Positions 1 through 9,493 of a DNA stretch of 64,000 bases are shown here, in pieces. Both the position numbers and the translations under genes were made by a program. Each line of letters opens with the position of its first letter. Position 1 is the stretch's first letter. Source of the stretch: an uncultured Acidimicrobiaceae bacterium (lineage in GTDB: Bacteria; Actinomycetota; Acidimicrobiia; Acidimicrobiales; RAAP-2). A model generated the notes under the pieces. That model saw nothing but the letters and a program-made list of their open reading frames with translations. It ran no database searches and had not been told where the DNA came from. The DNA is taken from the NCBI GenBank assembly GCA_963826835.1, contig CAWGYK010000005.1, positions 3,410 to 67,409 on the forward strand, in the 5' to 3' direction.

Positions 1-1505
1 ACCCGCTTGCGGGTCATTTCGACCAGCCCCAGCTCGGAGATGTCGAAGACCTGGGTCCGGGTCTTGTCCCGGGCCAGCGCATTGCGCAGGGCCGCCGCCA
101 CCTTGTCGCGGTTCTCGCGGATCTCCATGTCGATGAAGTCGATCACGATGATGCCCCCGATGTCACGCAGGCGGAGCTGGCGGGCCACCTCCTCGGCCGC
201 TTCGAGGTTGTTGCGGTAGACGGTCTCCTCGAGGTTGGTCTTGCCCACGTTCTTGCCGGTGTTCACGTCGATCACGGTGAGCGCCTCCGTGCGCTCAATG
301 ATCAGCGAGCCCCCCGAGGGCAACCAGACCTTGCGGTCCAGCGCCTTGTGGAGCTGCTCGTGCACGTGATAGCGCTCGAAGATGGGGAGGCCCTCCACCT
401 CGGGGTCGTAGTACTCGACCCGGTCGGACAGCTCGGGGCTGACGGCCCGGACGTAGTCGCGCACCTGCTCGAAGAGCGCCACGTCGTCGATCACGACGCC
501 CCGGTACTCCGCGTTCAGCTCCTCGCGCAGGATCCGGACGGACAGCTCCGGCTCACGGTAGAGCAGCCCCGGGGCGTCGGACCGCTTGGCCTCGGCCTCG
601 ATGGTGTTCCACTGGTCGAGCAGCGTGGTCACGTCGCGCTGGAGCTCCTCGGCCGAGACGCCCTCGGCCGCCGTGCGCACGATCATCCCGTGGCCCGCCG
701 GCTTCACCTCGTCGATGATGCGGCGCAACCGGCGGCGCTCGGTGTCGCCCAGGCGCTTGGAGATCCCGAAGGCGCTCGAATTGGGGACGAGGACGGCGAA
801 GCGCCCGGGCAGCGAGACCTCCTGGGTCAGGCGGGCTCCCTTGGCCCCGATGGGGTTCTTGGTGACCTGGCACAGGATGGTCTGGCCGGCCTTGAGGACG
901 TCCTCGATCCGGGCCTGCTGGGACGCCCCGCCCTCGATGTCCTCGCGGTCGTAGCGGACGTCCCCCCGGTAGAGGACGGCGTTCTTGGGGATGCCGATGT
1001 CGATGAAGGCGGCCTCCATGCCCGGCAGGACGTTCTGGACCCGGCCCCGGTAGACGTTGCCGTCGATCTGGTTCGTGTCGTCGGCCGACCGGGAGACGTA
1101 GTGCTCGACCAGCGAGCGCCCCTCGAGCATGGCGATCTGGGTCATGTCGGGCTGCACGTGGACGCAGACCAGGTAGCGGCCGACCTGCTTGGAGCGGCGG
1201 TCCCGCCCACCCGAGCGCCGTCGGCTGCGTGCCCGCTTCCCGGCGGCCTCGTCGGACGTCCCTGCGGGCTCGGCCACGCGGGTTCCGCCAACGCCGGGCG
1301 CGGTGGCCTCCGACCGCTGCAACGGCACCACCGGCGCCGCCGCCTTCGCGGAAGGGGGGACGACCGGCGCCGGCCGTGTGTCCCCGATCTTCGGCTTGCG
1401 GGCGGGCGCGGCCCGCGTCGCGTCAGGGGGGCTAGTGCTGCCGCTGCCCCCCGGTGGCTCCGGGGGGCGACCCTCCGGGCTCTGGCTGATTTCCATCTCG
1501 GACAT
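1..1505 (-). CDS. rne: Ribonuclease E/G family endoribonuclease, N-terminal ~500 codons; the 3' end lies beyond the left window edge
   Basis: Absent from the ORF track because it has no stop in the window. My translation of the minus strand from ATG 1505 (SD GAGGAGGG about 9 nt upstream) gives MSEMEISQSPEG..., then an Arg/Pro-rich linker. Next come S1/catalytic-core strings: GRYLVCVHVQPDMTQIAMLEGR, NVYRGRVQNVLPGMEAAFIDIG, LTVIDVNTGKNVG, DIGGIIVIDFIDM. Confidence 0.85.
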   Translation of the reverse strand, partial: MSEMEISQSPEGRPPEPPGGSGSTSPPDATRAAPARKPKIGDTRPAPVVPPSAKAAAPVVPLQRSEATAPGVGGTRVAEPAGTSDEAAGKRARSRRRSGGRDRRSKQVGRYLVCVHVQPDMTQIAMLEGRSLVEHYVSRSADDTNQIDGNVYRGRVQNVLPGMEAAFIDIGIPKNAVLYRGDVRYDREDIEGGASQQARIEDVLKAGQTILCQVTKNPIGAKGARLTQEVSLPGRFAVLVPNSSAFGISKRLGDTERRRLRRIIDEVKPAGHGMIVRTAAEGVSAEELQRDVTTLLDQWNTIEAEAKRSDAPGLLYREPELSVRILREELNAEYRGVVIDDVALFEQVRDYVRAVSPELSDRVEYYDPEVEGLPIFERYHVHEQLHKALDRKVWLPSGGSLIIERTEALTVIDVNTGKNVGKTNLEETVYRNNLEAAEEVARQLRLRDIGGIIVIDFIDMEIRENRDKVAAALRNALARDKTRTQVFDISELGLVEMTRKR

Positions 1506-2244
1506 GAGGGAAAGCCCTCCTCGCGTACTGGTTCGCGTCGGCATCGGTCCCGGGCCCGCTCACAGGGAGCGGCTCGAACCGTGCGCCGTCGCGTTCGATC
1601 CATTGATGCGTTCGACAGGCCCGTCCGGGCACCGCGGGGGTGCCCAGGGCCGCTATGAGGTCGCCCGGGCGGACACCACGCGGGTGCGTGGCCAGTTCCG
1701 CCTGGAGATGACCGTTGAGGCTGGTCACGGACAATGCTCGAATGGCCGGGCGGATGTCGTCCTCTGCTTGACGACCCTTCCGCTCCCGCCTGACAGTGAG
1801 GATGGGGGCAGCGAGCAACTTCTCGACCCGCTCCGCCAATTCCTCATCCGGCACACCGAGCACCTCCAGCTCCCAATCGCACGATGCTACCTCCTGCTGG
1901 AGCGAACCCTCCCCTTCTCCGATCAGGACCGCCGCCTCGACGTCGATCCCCTCGGGCAGCAGGGTGCTCAGGGCGGCGGGCAGCTCCGCGACGGGGATCT
2001 CCCCCGGCCCGGGCGCCTCCAGGCGCAGGTCGAGGTACTCGCCGCGAGACTCGCACCCTGTGGGCAGGGCCAACCCGAAGCTCACCAGGGGATGGGGCGC
2101 GAAACCCTGGGAGTAGGCCATCGGGAGCTTGCTGCGCCGCAGCGCCCGCTCCCACATCCGGGCCACGTCCCGGTGGCTCGTGAAGCGGATCTTGCCCGCC
2201 TTCGTGAAGCGCAGGCGGAGGCGGCGCCGGTCCTCAGGGGACAC
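1432..2244 (-). CDS. Radical-SAM-linked protein (DUF2344 / TIGR03936-like)
   Basis: RLRLRFTKAGKIRFTSHRDVARMWERALRRSKLPMAYSQGFAPHP string. Likely GTG start at 2244, overlapping the last codons of the upstream radical SAM gene. The first ~64 aa of tracked ORF 1432..2436 are probably not translated. The 3' end overlaps the predicted rne start by 74 nt. Confidence 0.75.
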   Translation of the reverse strand: MSPEDRRRLRLRFTKAGKIRFTSHRDVARMWERALRRSKLPMAYSQGFAPHPLVSFGLALPTGCESRGEYLDLRLEAPGPGEIPVAELPAALSTLLPEGIDVEAAVLIGEGEGSLQQEVASCDWELEVLGVPDEELAERVEKLLAAPILTVRRERKGRQAEDDIRPAIRALSVTSLNGHLQAELATHPRGVRPGDLIAALGTPAVPGRACRTHQWIERDGARFEPLPVSGPGTDADANQYARRAFPHVRDGNQPEPGGSPPGATGGQRQH

Positions 2245-4180
2245 GGCTGACCAGGCGGACCGGGATCCGGTCGCCGGTACTGAGGTCCTGCCCCGTGCCC
2301 TGGCTCCCGCCGGCCGGCGGGACCGGCGAGGCCACCACGTGCTCCAGCCCGAAGCCGGTGCAGGCGCCGCAGTCGTAGCAAGGGGTCCAGCGGCAGTCCT
2401 CGACGCTGACGCGGGCCAGCGCGTCCTGCCAGTCACCCCAGAGGAAGTCCCGGTGCAGCCCCGCCGAGATGTGGTCCCAGGGCAGGGCCTCGTCTCCGTT
2501 CCGGTCCCGGTGGCAGACCTCCTCGACGCTGAGCCCCTCGGCGGCCAGGGCGGACTCCCACAGGGCCAGGTCGAAGCGCTCGGACCACTCCTGGAAGGTG
2601 CCGCCGGCCCGCCAGACCCGCTCGATCACGGCGCCCATCCGCCGGTCACCCCGGCTGGCCAGCCCCTCCGCCACCGACGCCGCCGGCTCGTGCCAGCGCA
2701 CGGTCAGGCCGCGGGTCCGCTTGGCCTCCCCGCGCAGGAGGGCCACCTTGCGCTCGAGCTCGGCCACCGTGTCCTGGCCGAACCACTGGAACGGGGTGTG
2801 CGGCTTGGGCACGAACCCGCCCACCGAGGCGACCACTGTCACCGACTTCTGGTACTGCCGGCCGATCTCGACGCAGCGGGCCCCGAGCCGGGCGATGCCG
2901 AGCACGTCCTCGTCGAGCTCGGTGGGCAGGCCGATCAGGAAATAGAGCTTGATCCGCCGCCAGCCCTGGCTGAAGGCGGCGTCGACGGCGCCGTAGAGGT
3001 CCTCCTCGGTGATCAGCTTGTTGATCACCGTGCGCATCCGCCACGTGCCGCCCTCGGGAGCGAAGGTGAGGCCGGTGCGCCGCACCTTCTGGATCTCCGC
3101 CGCGGTGCCCACCGTGAAGGCGTCGACCCGCAGGGACGGGAGGCTGACCGAGACCCGCCCGCCGTGCTCGGGATCGTCGACGATGTCGCGCACCGTGCCC
3201 TCGATCCCCGAGAAGTCGGCGGAGGAGAGCGACGTGAGCGCCACCTCGTCGTGCCCGCTCCACTCCAGGCCGCGCCGCACCATGGCGCGCACCTGGGCCG
3301 CCGGGCGCTCGCGCACGGGCCGGGTGATCATGCCCGCCTGGCAGAAGCGGCACCCCCGCGTGCAGCCGCGGAACACCTCGACGTTGAGCCGGTCGTGGAC
3401 GACCTCGGTCAGCGGCACCAGCGGCCGGGCCGGATAGGGCCACTCGGCGAGGTCGCCCACGGTCCGTTTGGTCACCTCGAGGGGCACGCCGGGGTCCGTG
3501 GGCAGGGTGGAGACCAGCCGGCCGTCCTCGTAGGTGGCGGCGTAGAGCGATGGCACGTACACGCCCTCGAGCGCCGCCAAGGCCAGCAGGAGCGCGGCGC
3601 GGTCGCGTGCCTCGGGGGGCGACTCGTCCAGCCAGGCGGCCATCACCTCGTTGATCTCCCCCACGACCTCCTCCCCGTCGCCGAGGACGAAGACGTCGAC
3701 GAAGTCGGCCAGTGGCTCGGGGTTGTACACGCAATGGCCGCCCGCCACGACGAGCGCGTCGGCGCCTCCCCGGTCGGCCCCGTGCAGCGGGAGGCCCGCC
3801 AGGTCGATCAGGTTGAGCAGGTTCGTGTAGACGAGCTCCGCCGACAGGTTGAAGGCAAGCACGTCGAAGGCGGCCGCCGGGAGGTGCTGCTCGACGCTGA
3901 AGAGGGGCACGCCCGCCGTGCGCATGGCCGCCTCCATGTCGACCCAGGGGGCGTAGGCCCGCTCCGCCAGCGCGTCGGGGCGCTCGTTGAGGATCTCGTA
4001 GAGGATCTGGAGCCCCTGGTTCGGCAGCCCGATCTCGTAGGTGTCCGGGTACACCAGCAGCCAGGCCACGGTCCCATCCCCGTGCTCGGGGTAGACCGAT
4101 CCCTGCTCACCCCCGATGTAGCGGGCCGGCTTGGACACCGTGGGCAAAAGGCGCTCGATCTGCGGCCACAAGGTCTCCAT
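2234..4180 (-). CDS. B12-binding-domain radical SAM protein (TIGR03960-like)
   Basis: METLWPQIERLLPTVSKPARYIGGE N-terminus at ATG 4180. CxxxCxxC cluster motif in FRGCTRGCRFCQAGMITRP. Sits with the DUF2344 gene and rne, a conserved actinobacterial arrangement. The upstream 127 codons of the tracked ORF look non-coding. Confidence 0.85.
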   Translation of the reverse strand: METLWPQIERLLPTVSKPARYIGGEQGSVYPEHGDGTVAWLLVYPDTYEIGLPNQGLQILYEILNERPDALAERAYAPWVDMEAAMRTAGVPLFSVEQHLPAAAFDVLAFNLSAELVYTNLLNLIDLAGLPLHGADRGGADALVVAGGHCVYNPEPLADFVDVFVLGDGEEVVGEINEVMAAWLDESPPEARDRAALLLALAALEGVYVPSLYAATYEDGRLVSTLPTDPGVPLEVTKRTVGDLAEWPYPARPLVPLTEVVHDRLNVEVFRGCTRGCRFCQAGMITRPVRERPAAQVRAMVRRGLEWSGHDEVALTSLSSADFSGIEGTVRDIVDDPEHGGRVSVSLPSLRVDAFTVGTAAEIQKVRRTGLTFAPEGGTWRMRTVINKLITEEDLYGAVDAAFSQGWRRIKLYFLIGLPTELDEDVLGIARLGARCVEIGRQYQKSVTVVASVGGFVPKPHTPFQWFGQDTVAELERKVALLRGEAKRTRGLTVRWHEPAASVAEGLASRGDRRMGAVIERVWRAGGTFQEWSERFDLALWESALAAEGLSVEEVCHRDRNGDEALPWDHISAGLHRDFLWGDWQDALARVSVEDCRWTPCYDCGACTGFGLEHVVASPVPPAGGSQGTGQDLSTGDRIPVRLVSRVP

Positions 4181-4203
4181 GGCCACCAACCCTACGGGAC
4201 GGC

Positions 4204-6444
4204 TCAACCTCCGCCCGATGTGGTCGAGGTCGTCGTGCCCGATCCCGTGGTGCCCGACGGGGGCGCGGTGGTCGTGGTGGTGGGCGTCCCGAGCGGCGCG
4301 TTGGCCGCCGGCAGTGTCTGGCTGGGCGGGCTGGCGGGGGTCGGCGTCTTGACGGCGCCGTTGAGGGACGGGTTGGCCGCGATGTAGTCGAAGATGTTGC
4401 GCACGAGGGGTGCGGCGGCCTGGGCGCCGTAGCCGCCCTGGTCGATGACGGCCAGCACGAGGTAGGTGGGGTTGGGGTTGGGGCCGAACGCCACGAACCA
4501 GCTGTTGGGCTCGAGCCCCTGCTGGTTCGAGGCGGTGCCCGTCTTGCCGGCGAGGTTCCACGAGGCCGGGAAGCCCTGGAAGTCCGCGTAGGCGGTGCCC
4601 GCACGGCTCGAGATGACGCCCTCGAACCCGGCCAGCATGGCGTTGTAGTTCGCCGGCGAAATCGGCACCTTCCCCGTCACCTGGGGCTCGAGCTTCTTGA
4701 CCACCTTGCCGGTCCGGGGGTCGACGATCTCGGACGCGACCTGCGGCGCGTAGCGGGTCCCGTAGCCGCTGGCAGCCGAATAGTTGGCGAAGGTCGAGTA
4801 GGCGACCGCCTGCTCAATGGGCGTGAGCACCGTCTCGCCCTGCCCGAAGGCCATCTCGATGTTGTCGCCCGTGAACCACGAGGCCGTGTAGGGGAAGGCC
4901 TTGGGCGCCTCCGCATGGAGCTTGCCCCGGAGGAGGTAGCTGTCGACTCGCCCCTGCGCCTCGCCGGGTAGGTCGATGCCGGTGATCGTCCCCTCGCCGT
5001 AGGCGGTGGCCTCGTTCTGGATCGGCGTCGTGCCGAACCGCGACTGCTGCTCCCAGAACATCTCGCCCAGGTTGTAGAAGAAAGAGTCACTCGACGCAGT
5101 GAGCGCGCTGGACACGTCGTAGGTGCCACCGGAGTCGCCCGGGTCGTCATGGAGGGTGCAGCCCGTGTCGTTGTTGACACCCACCGCCGGGCACCCGTCG
5201 ATCTTGAAGGTCCCGGTGTCGACGTAGGGCGTGGTCGGAGCGATGAGGCCGTCCTGGAGCGCGGCCGTCGCCGTGACCAGCTTGAAGGTCGAGCCCGGTG
5301 TGTACTGGCCCTCGATGGCCTCGTCGTTCTCCGCACCGCTGGCCTGCAGCGCCTCGAAGCTCGGCGTGGAGATGCCGCCGACCCACTCGTTGAGGTCGTA
5401 GCTGGGGAAGGAGGCGAGGGCCAGGACCTGGCCGTTCTGGGGGTTCATGACGATGGCGGCGCCATTGGGGGCGGACGGCAGCCGGCCGCCGTCGACCGCG
5501 TCGGGGGTCTGGCGGTCGCTCAGGATCTGCTGCTGGAGGTCGTTCTGCACCACCTGCTGGAGTCCCGTGTCGATGTTGAGCACGACCGTGTCACCGATCT
5601 GCGGCGCGGTGGAGCTGAGGGTGCCGACGACATCGCCCTGGGCGTCGACGGAGAGGGCCTGGCGGCCCGCGGTGCCCTTGAGGTACTGCTCGTACTGGGC
5701 CTCGATCCCCGAGACGCCGATCTGGCTGCCCTGCGTGTAGCCATCGTCGGGATGGGCGGTCAGGTAGGCCGGCGAGATGTCGCCCAGGAAGCCGAGGACG
5801 TGGGTGGCCGTGGTGCCGCCCTGGGGGTAGGTGCGTTGCGCGACGGTCTGCACACTCACCCCGGGGTACTGCGCCTGGTGTGTCTGGAGGAATTGCACGG
5901 TCGAGCTCGAGACACCCACCGCGACCGGCACCGGCTCATACGGGCTGTACTGGTTGTTGTTGACGGACGCCTGGACCTGCTTGGGCGTCTGGCCGACGAG
6001 CGCAGCCACCATGCCGACGATGCCGGGGTTCTGCATCGCCTCGGCCCGTGACAACAGGACCTCCTCCTGGGGGATGTTGGAGACGAGCACCGTCCCGTTC
6101 CGGTCCACGATGTCGCCCCGCGGCGCGGGGACGCTCACGACGCGCACCTGGTTGCGGGTGACGGCGGCGGCGTAGGACTTCCCCTCGACCACTTGGAGCG
6201 TCCACAGCCGAAGGACCAGGACCCCGAAGAGGAGAAGCACCACGATCCCCACGATGCGCAGACGCAGGTTGGGTCGCGCCTCCTCCTCTTCGGGCGAGCC
6301 GACGATGGAGGCGACGTTGACGCTCTTGCGCGGTCGCATGCGCGGCCCGCCGGTGTCACCACGCCACGAGGTCCGCCGCGAGCGGGTGGACGGCTTGGGG
6401 TGGAGCCGGTCGCCGCGGATCGGATGGCGAAGGGTCCGCTTCAC
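4204..6444 (-). CDS. mrdA: Penicillin-binding protein 2 (elongasome transpeptidase)
   Basis: TM anchor LRLRIVGIVVLLLFGVLVLRLW. SxxK in PGSTFKLVTA and KTG in LAGKTGTAS. GTG 6444 forms a GTGA overlap with the mreD stop; the alternative ATG is at 6339. Thr/Pro/Gly-rich low-complexity C-terminal tail. Confidence 0.85.
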   Translation of the reverse strand: MKRTLRHPIRGDRLHPKPSTRSRRTSWRGDTGGPRMRPRKSVNVASIVGSPEEEEARPNLRLRIVGIVVLLLFGVLVLRLWTLQVVEGKSYAAAVTRNQVRVVSVPAPRGDIVDRNGTVLVSNIPQEEVLLSRAEAMQNPGIVGMVAALVGQTPKQVQASVNNNQYSPYEPVPVAVGVSSSTVQFLQTHQAQYPGVSVQTVAQRTYPQGGTTATHVLGFLGDISPAYLTAHPDDGYTQGSQIGVSGIEAQYEQYLKGTAGRQALSVDAQGDVVGTLSSTAPQIGDTVVLNIDTGLQQVVQNDLQQQILSDRQTPDAVDGGRLPSAPNGAAIVMNPQNGQVLALASFPSYDLNEWVGGISTPSFEALQASGAENDEAIEGQYTPGSTFKLVTATAALQDGLIAPTTPYVDTGTFKIDGCPAVGVNNDTGCTLHDDPGDSGGTYDVSSALTASSDSFFYNLGEMFWEQQSRFGTTPIQNEATAYGEGTITGIDLPGEAQGRVDSYLLRGKLHAEAPKAFPYTASWFTGDNIEMAFGQGETVLTPIEQAVAYSTFANYSAASGYGTRYAPQVASEIVDPRTGKVVKKLEPQVTGKVPISPANYNAMLAGFEGVISSRAGTAYADFQGFPASWNLAGKTGTASNQQGLEPNSWFVAFGPNPNPTYLVLAVIDQGGYGAQAAAPLVRNIFDYIAANPSLNGAVKTPTPASPPSQTLPAANAPLGTPTTTTTAPPSGTTGSGTTTSTTSGGG

Positions 6445-6992
6445 CAGATCCTGCTGTCGGCCTGAGCGGGGACGATCGAGCGGCGATTGCTCTCCCCGGC
6501 CAGGGCCCACCGCATCAGCCGGCTGACCGGGAGCACCAGCACCACGCTCGAGATGCCGACGACCAGGAACAGGGCCAGGAAATTGATCTCGACCATCTGG
6601 CCCTGTCCGAGGATTGCGCCGAGCACGGCGAACAGCATGTCCGCTCCGACACTCCCCGCGAGCGCGGCCACCGGCTTGAGCCAGGTGGTCCGGGGGTCCA
6701 TGGCACTGGTCAGGGACCCGGTGGCGTAGCCGAGCAGGCACCCCACCAGGGCCGACAGCCCGAACGGCGTGGGGAGCACGAGATCGAAGGCCAGCCCGGC
6801 CCAAAATCCCACGATCGCGCCCGTCTCGGGCCCGTCGAGCAGGGCGGCCGTGATGGGCAGCAGCCAGAGCAGGTCCGGGTGGGCCCCTCCGATGCGCAGT
6901 GCCACCATGACGGTCTGCTGGGTCATCAGCACGATGAAGATGACCAGCGCCAGACGGAGCATGGAACGGCCGGTCACGTCGGCGGCACCCAC
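6441..6992 (-). CDS. mreD: Rod shape-determining protein MreD
   Basis: Small polytopic membrane protein (LRLALVIFIVLMTQQTVMVAL..., AGLAFDLVLPTPFG) between mreC and mrdA. Start uncertain: GTG 6992 or ATG 6962. Confidence 0.7.
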   Translation of the reverse strand: MGAADVTGRSMLRLALVIFIVLMTQQTVMVALRIGGAHPDLLWLLPITAALLDGPETGAIVGFWAGLAFDLVLPTPFGLSALVGCLLGYATGSLTSAMDPRTTWLKPVAALAGSVGADMLFAVLGAILGQGQMVEINFLALFLVVGISSVVLVLPVSRLMRWALAGESNRRSIVPAQADSRIW

Positions 6993-7810
6993 TGCACCAC
7001 GTCGACGTAGGCGAGCTGGCTCAGGTCGGCCGCCGGATCCACGTCGATGCTCTCTTGGCTCGCCCCCGCCGCGGTGTGGAAGGACCGCACGGTGGCGACG
7101 GGGATGCCGGGCGGGTACGAAGCCGCCTGCAGGCCGCTCGTGTACATCACCTCGCCCTTGGTCACCGGGGTCTGCGGTGCCACGAGATCCGCCGTCATGG
7201 AGCTCCCGGGACCCTGGCCGTCGACGATGCCGCTGTACTGGTTCGCCGGGCCGAACGTCACCCCGACCTTGGACTGGCCGTCGGTGACGAGCTGCACCAC
7301 AGAGGTGTGATGGAACGATTGGATCACCTGCCCCACCAGGCCGCCGGCGCCGACGACCGGATAGCCGACGTCCACGCCGTCGGCCCGGCCCTTGTCGAGC
7401 GTGATCGTCGCGGTGAAGTTCGACGCGTACTCGTCCTGGGTCTGCGCCGTGACCGTCGGGAGCGCCTGGAGGAACGGCAGGTTCTGCAGCGCGGTGATCT
7501 GGCGGAGCTGGTTCTTGTCGAAGCCCTGTTCAAGTTGGGCGGCCCGCAGCTGCCCGATCGTTCTCTGCAGCCGCTCGTTCTCGGACTGCAACGACCCGTA
7601 GTTGAACGCCCCCGCGAAGAAATTGCCGATCGGGCTGATGATGTCGAGGATGCCCTGGCGCAGCGGGGCGTAGACGTCGTTGGCGGCCGACTTCACCCCG
7701 GACGTCAGGCTGTGCGTCCGCCCGTTGAGATCGAGCGAGATGAGTGACAGCGAAAGGACGACGAGGACGATGACCGTCAGCGTGCGGCGCGACCGCCGGG
7801 ACCGGGCCAC
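6974..7810 (-). CDS. mreC: Rod shape-determining protein MreC
   Basis: N-terminal anchor RRTLTVIVLVVLSLSLISL, coiled-coil ENERLQRTIGQLRAAQLE, beta-rich C-terminal domain. Lies directly downstream of mreB. Confidence 0.85.
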   Translation of the reverse strand: MARSRRSRRTLTVIVLVVLSLSLISLDLNGRTHSLTSGVKSAANDVYAPLRQGILDIISPIGNFFAGAFNYGSLQSENERLQRTIGQLRAAQLEQGFDKNQLRQITALQNLPFLQALPTVTAQTQDEYASNFTATITLDKGRADGVDVGYPVVGAGGLVGQVIQSFHHTSVVQLVTDGQSKVGVTFGPANQYSGIVDGQGPGSSMTADLVAPQTPVTKGEVMYTSGLQAASYPPGIPVATVRSFHTAAGASQESIDVDPAADLSQLAYVDVVQWVPPT

Positions 7811-7832
7811 CCAGGAGAAACCGGTCGATCGA

Positions 7833-8864
7833 TCAGCGCGTGGAGGTCGTGATCAGCACCCGCTTCAGCGCTTCAAACTCCTCCAGACACTGGCCGCTGC
7901 CGATGGCGACGCAGTTCAGAGGATCCCTGGCCACCACGATGGGCATGCCCGTCTCGTGCTGGAGGCGCGACTCCAACCCGTGGAGCAACGCTCCACCACC
8001 GGTGAGCACGATGCCCTGTTCCATGATGTCCGCCGCCAGTTCAGGCGGCGTCCGGTCCAGGGTGACCTTGACGGCGTCGATGATGGCGGAGACCGGCTCT
8101 TCGATGGCCCGCCGTATCTCCTCGGTCGAGACGACGATCGTCTTCGGGAGTCCACTCACGAGGTCGCGGCCGCGGATCTCCGCGTGCAGCTCCTGCTCCA
8201 ACGGGTAGGCCGAACCGAGAGTGATCTTGATCTCCTCCGCAGTGCGCTCACCGAGCGCGAGGCTGAACTCCTTCTTCACGAACGAGACGATCGCCTCGTC
8301 GAGTTCGTCGCCGCCGATGCGCACCGACTGGCTCGTCACGATGCCACCGAGCGAGATCACCGCGACCTCGGTCGTCCCTCCACCGATGTCCACCACCATG
8401 TTGCCGGTGGGCTCGTGCACGGGGAGACCCGCACCGATGGCAGCGGCCATCGGCTCCTCGATGATGTAGGCGCGACGGGCCCCGGCGTACTCGGCGGCCT
8501 CCATGACGGCACGACGCTCGACGCCCGTGATGCCCGACGGGACGCAGATGACCATGCGCGGCTTGGCGAAACGGCGCTGGTGCACCCGGTGGATGAAGTA
8601 GCGCAGCATCTTCTCGCAGATTTCGAAGTCGGCGATCACGCCGTCCTTGAGCGGCCGGATGGCCTGGATGTTGGACGGTGTGCGTCCGATCATCCGCTTG
8701 GCTTCGGCCCCCACGGCCAGTGGGCGGCCATCTTTGATGTCGACGGCGACCACGGATGGCTCGTTGAGCACGATGCCCCGGCCGCGGACGTAGACCAACG
8801 TGTTGGCGGTGCCCAGGTCGACAGCCATGTCACGACCAAGCAGGGAAAGGCGATTTTCGGCCAT
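7833..8864 (-). CDS. mreB: Rod shape-determining actin homologue MreB
   Basis: [28 protein letters not shown] and [18 protein letters not shown] actin-fold strings. ATG 8864 is preceded by GGGAGAG. Confidence 0.95.
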   Translation of the reverse strand: MAENRLSLLGRDMAVDLGTANTLVYVRGRGIVLNEPSVVAVDIKDGRPLAVGAEAKRMIGRTPSNIQAIRPLKDGVIADFEICEKMLRYFIHRVHQRRFAKPRMVICVPSGITGVERRAVMEAAEYAGARRAYIIEEPMAAAIGAGLPVHEPTGNMVVDIGGGTTEVAVISLGGIVTSQSVRIGGDELDEAIVSFVKKEFSLALGERTAEEIKITLGSAYPLEQELHAEIRGRDLVSGLPKTIVVSTEEIRRAIEEPVSAIIDAVKVTLDRTPPELAADIMEQGIVLTGGGALLHGLESRLQHETGMPIVVARDPLNCVAIGSGQCLEEFEALKRVLITTSTR

Positions 8865-9028
8865 AGTTGGAGCTCTCCCGAGAGATTCCGGTGGGGTGCC
8901 GAAGAGGATCGGCATCCGTGGTGATGCGTCCACAGGCTATGGGACTGCGCTGTGGTTCACAAGGCGGACGCCCGCGAACGCCCGTCCGGCCTGGGAATAC
9001 ACCGGCGTCGGCCGGCGACGGGCGCGAG

Positions 9029-9445
9029 CTAGGGGGTCGCCAGGCCCGGGAAGAAGAGTGCGATCTCCCTCGCCGCCGACTCGTGCGAATCGGACCCGTG
9101 CACGAGGTTCTCGGTCGTCTCGATGGCCAGGTCGCCGCGAATGGTCCCGGGCGCAGCCTCGGCCGGATTGGTGGTGCCCATCATGAGCCGTACCACGGCG
9201 TAGGTGTCCTTAGGCCCTTCGACCACCATGATCAGGGCGGGCGAGCGGGTGATGAAGGCGACGAGGTCGCCGAAGAAGGGGCGCTCCGCGTGCTCGGCGT
9301 AGTGCGTCTCGGCCACCGCCTTGGTGATGGTCCGGAGCTCGGCCGCCACCAGGCGAAGCTTCTTGCGCTCGAGGCGGCTGAGCACCTCGCCGGCCAAGCC
9401 CCGCTCGACTCCGTCGGGCTTCACGATGACGAGGGTGCGGTCCAC
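9029..9445 (-). CDS. ndk: Nucleoside diphosphate kinase
   Basis: [51 protein letters not shown] (active-site His). GTG start. Confidence 0.95.
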   Translation of the reverse strand: MDRTLVIVKPDGVERGLAGEVLSRLERKKLRLVAAELRTITKAVAETHYAEHAERPFFGDLVAFITRSPALIMVVEGPKDTYAVVRLMMGTTNPAEAAPGTIRGDLAIETTENLVHGSDSHESAAREIALFFPGLATP

Positions 9446-9493
9446 GGGAGGTGGACACTACACAACAACCGCCGGAGGTCGGGTTCGGCGCCT

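Noticed and set aside
348-1658. 436-aa plus-strand ORF, and similar long ORFs: 2129..4387, 8867..11299, 11875..13365, 13014..14273, 22475..23476 part, 57151..58914, 58881..60173, 61453..63075, 20321..21502, 23273..24850.
   Set aside because: These are antisense or out-of-frame shadows of well-supported genes (rne, radical SAM, mreB/ndk/folC, clpX, tig, amidohydrolases, MFS). Their translations are Arg/Gly/Pro/Ala-rich low-complexity strings typical of non-coding frames in about 70% GC DNA.
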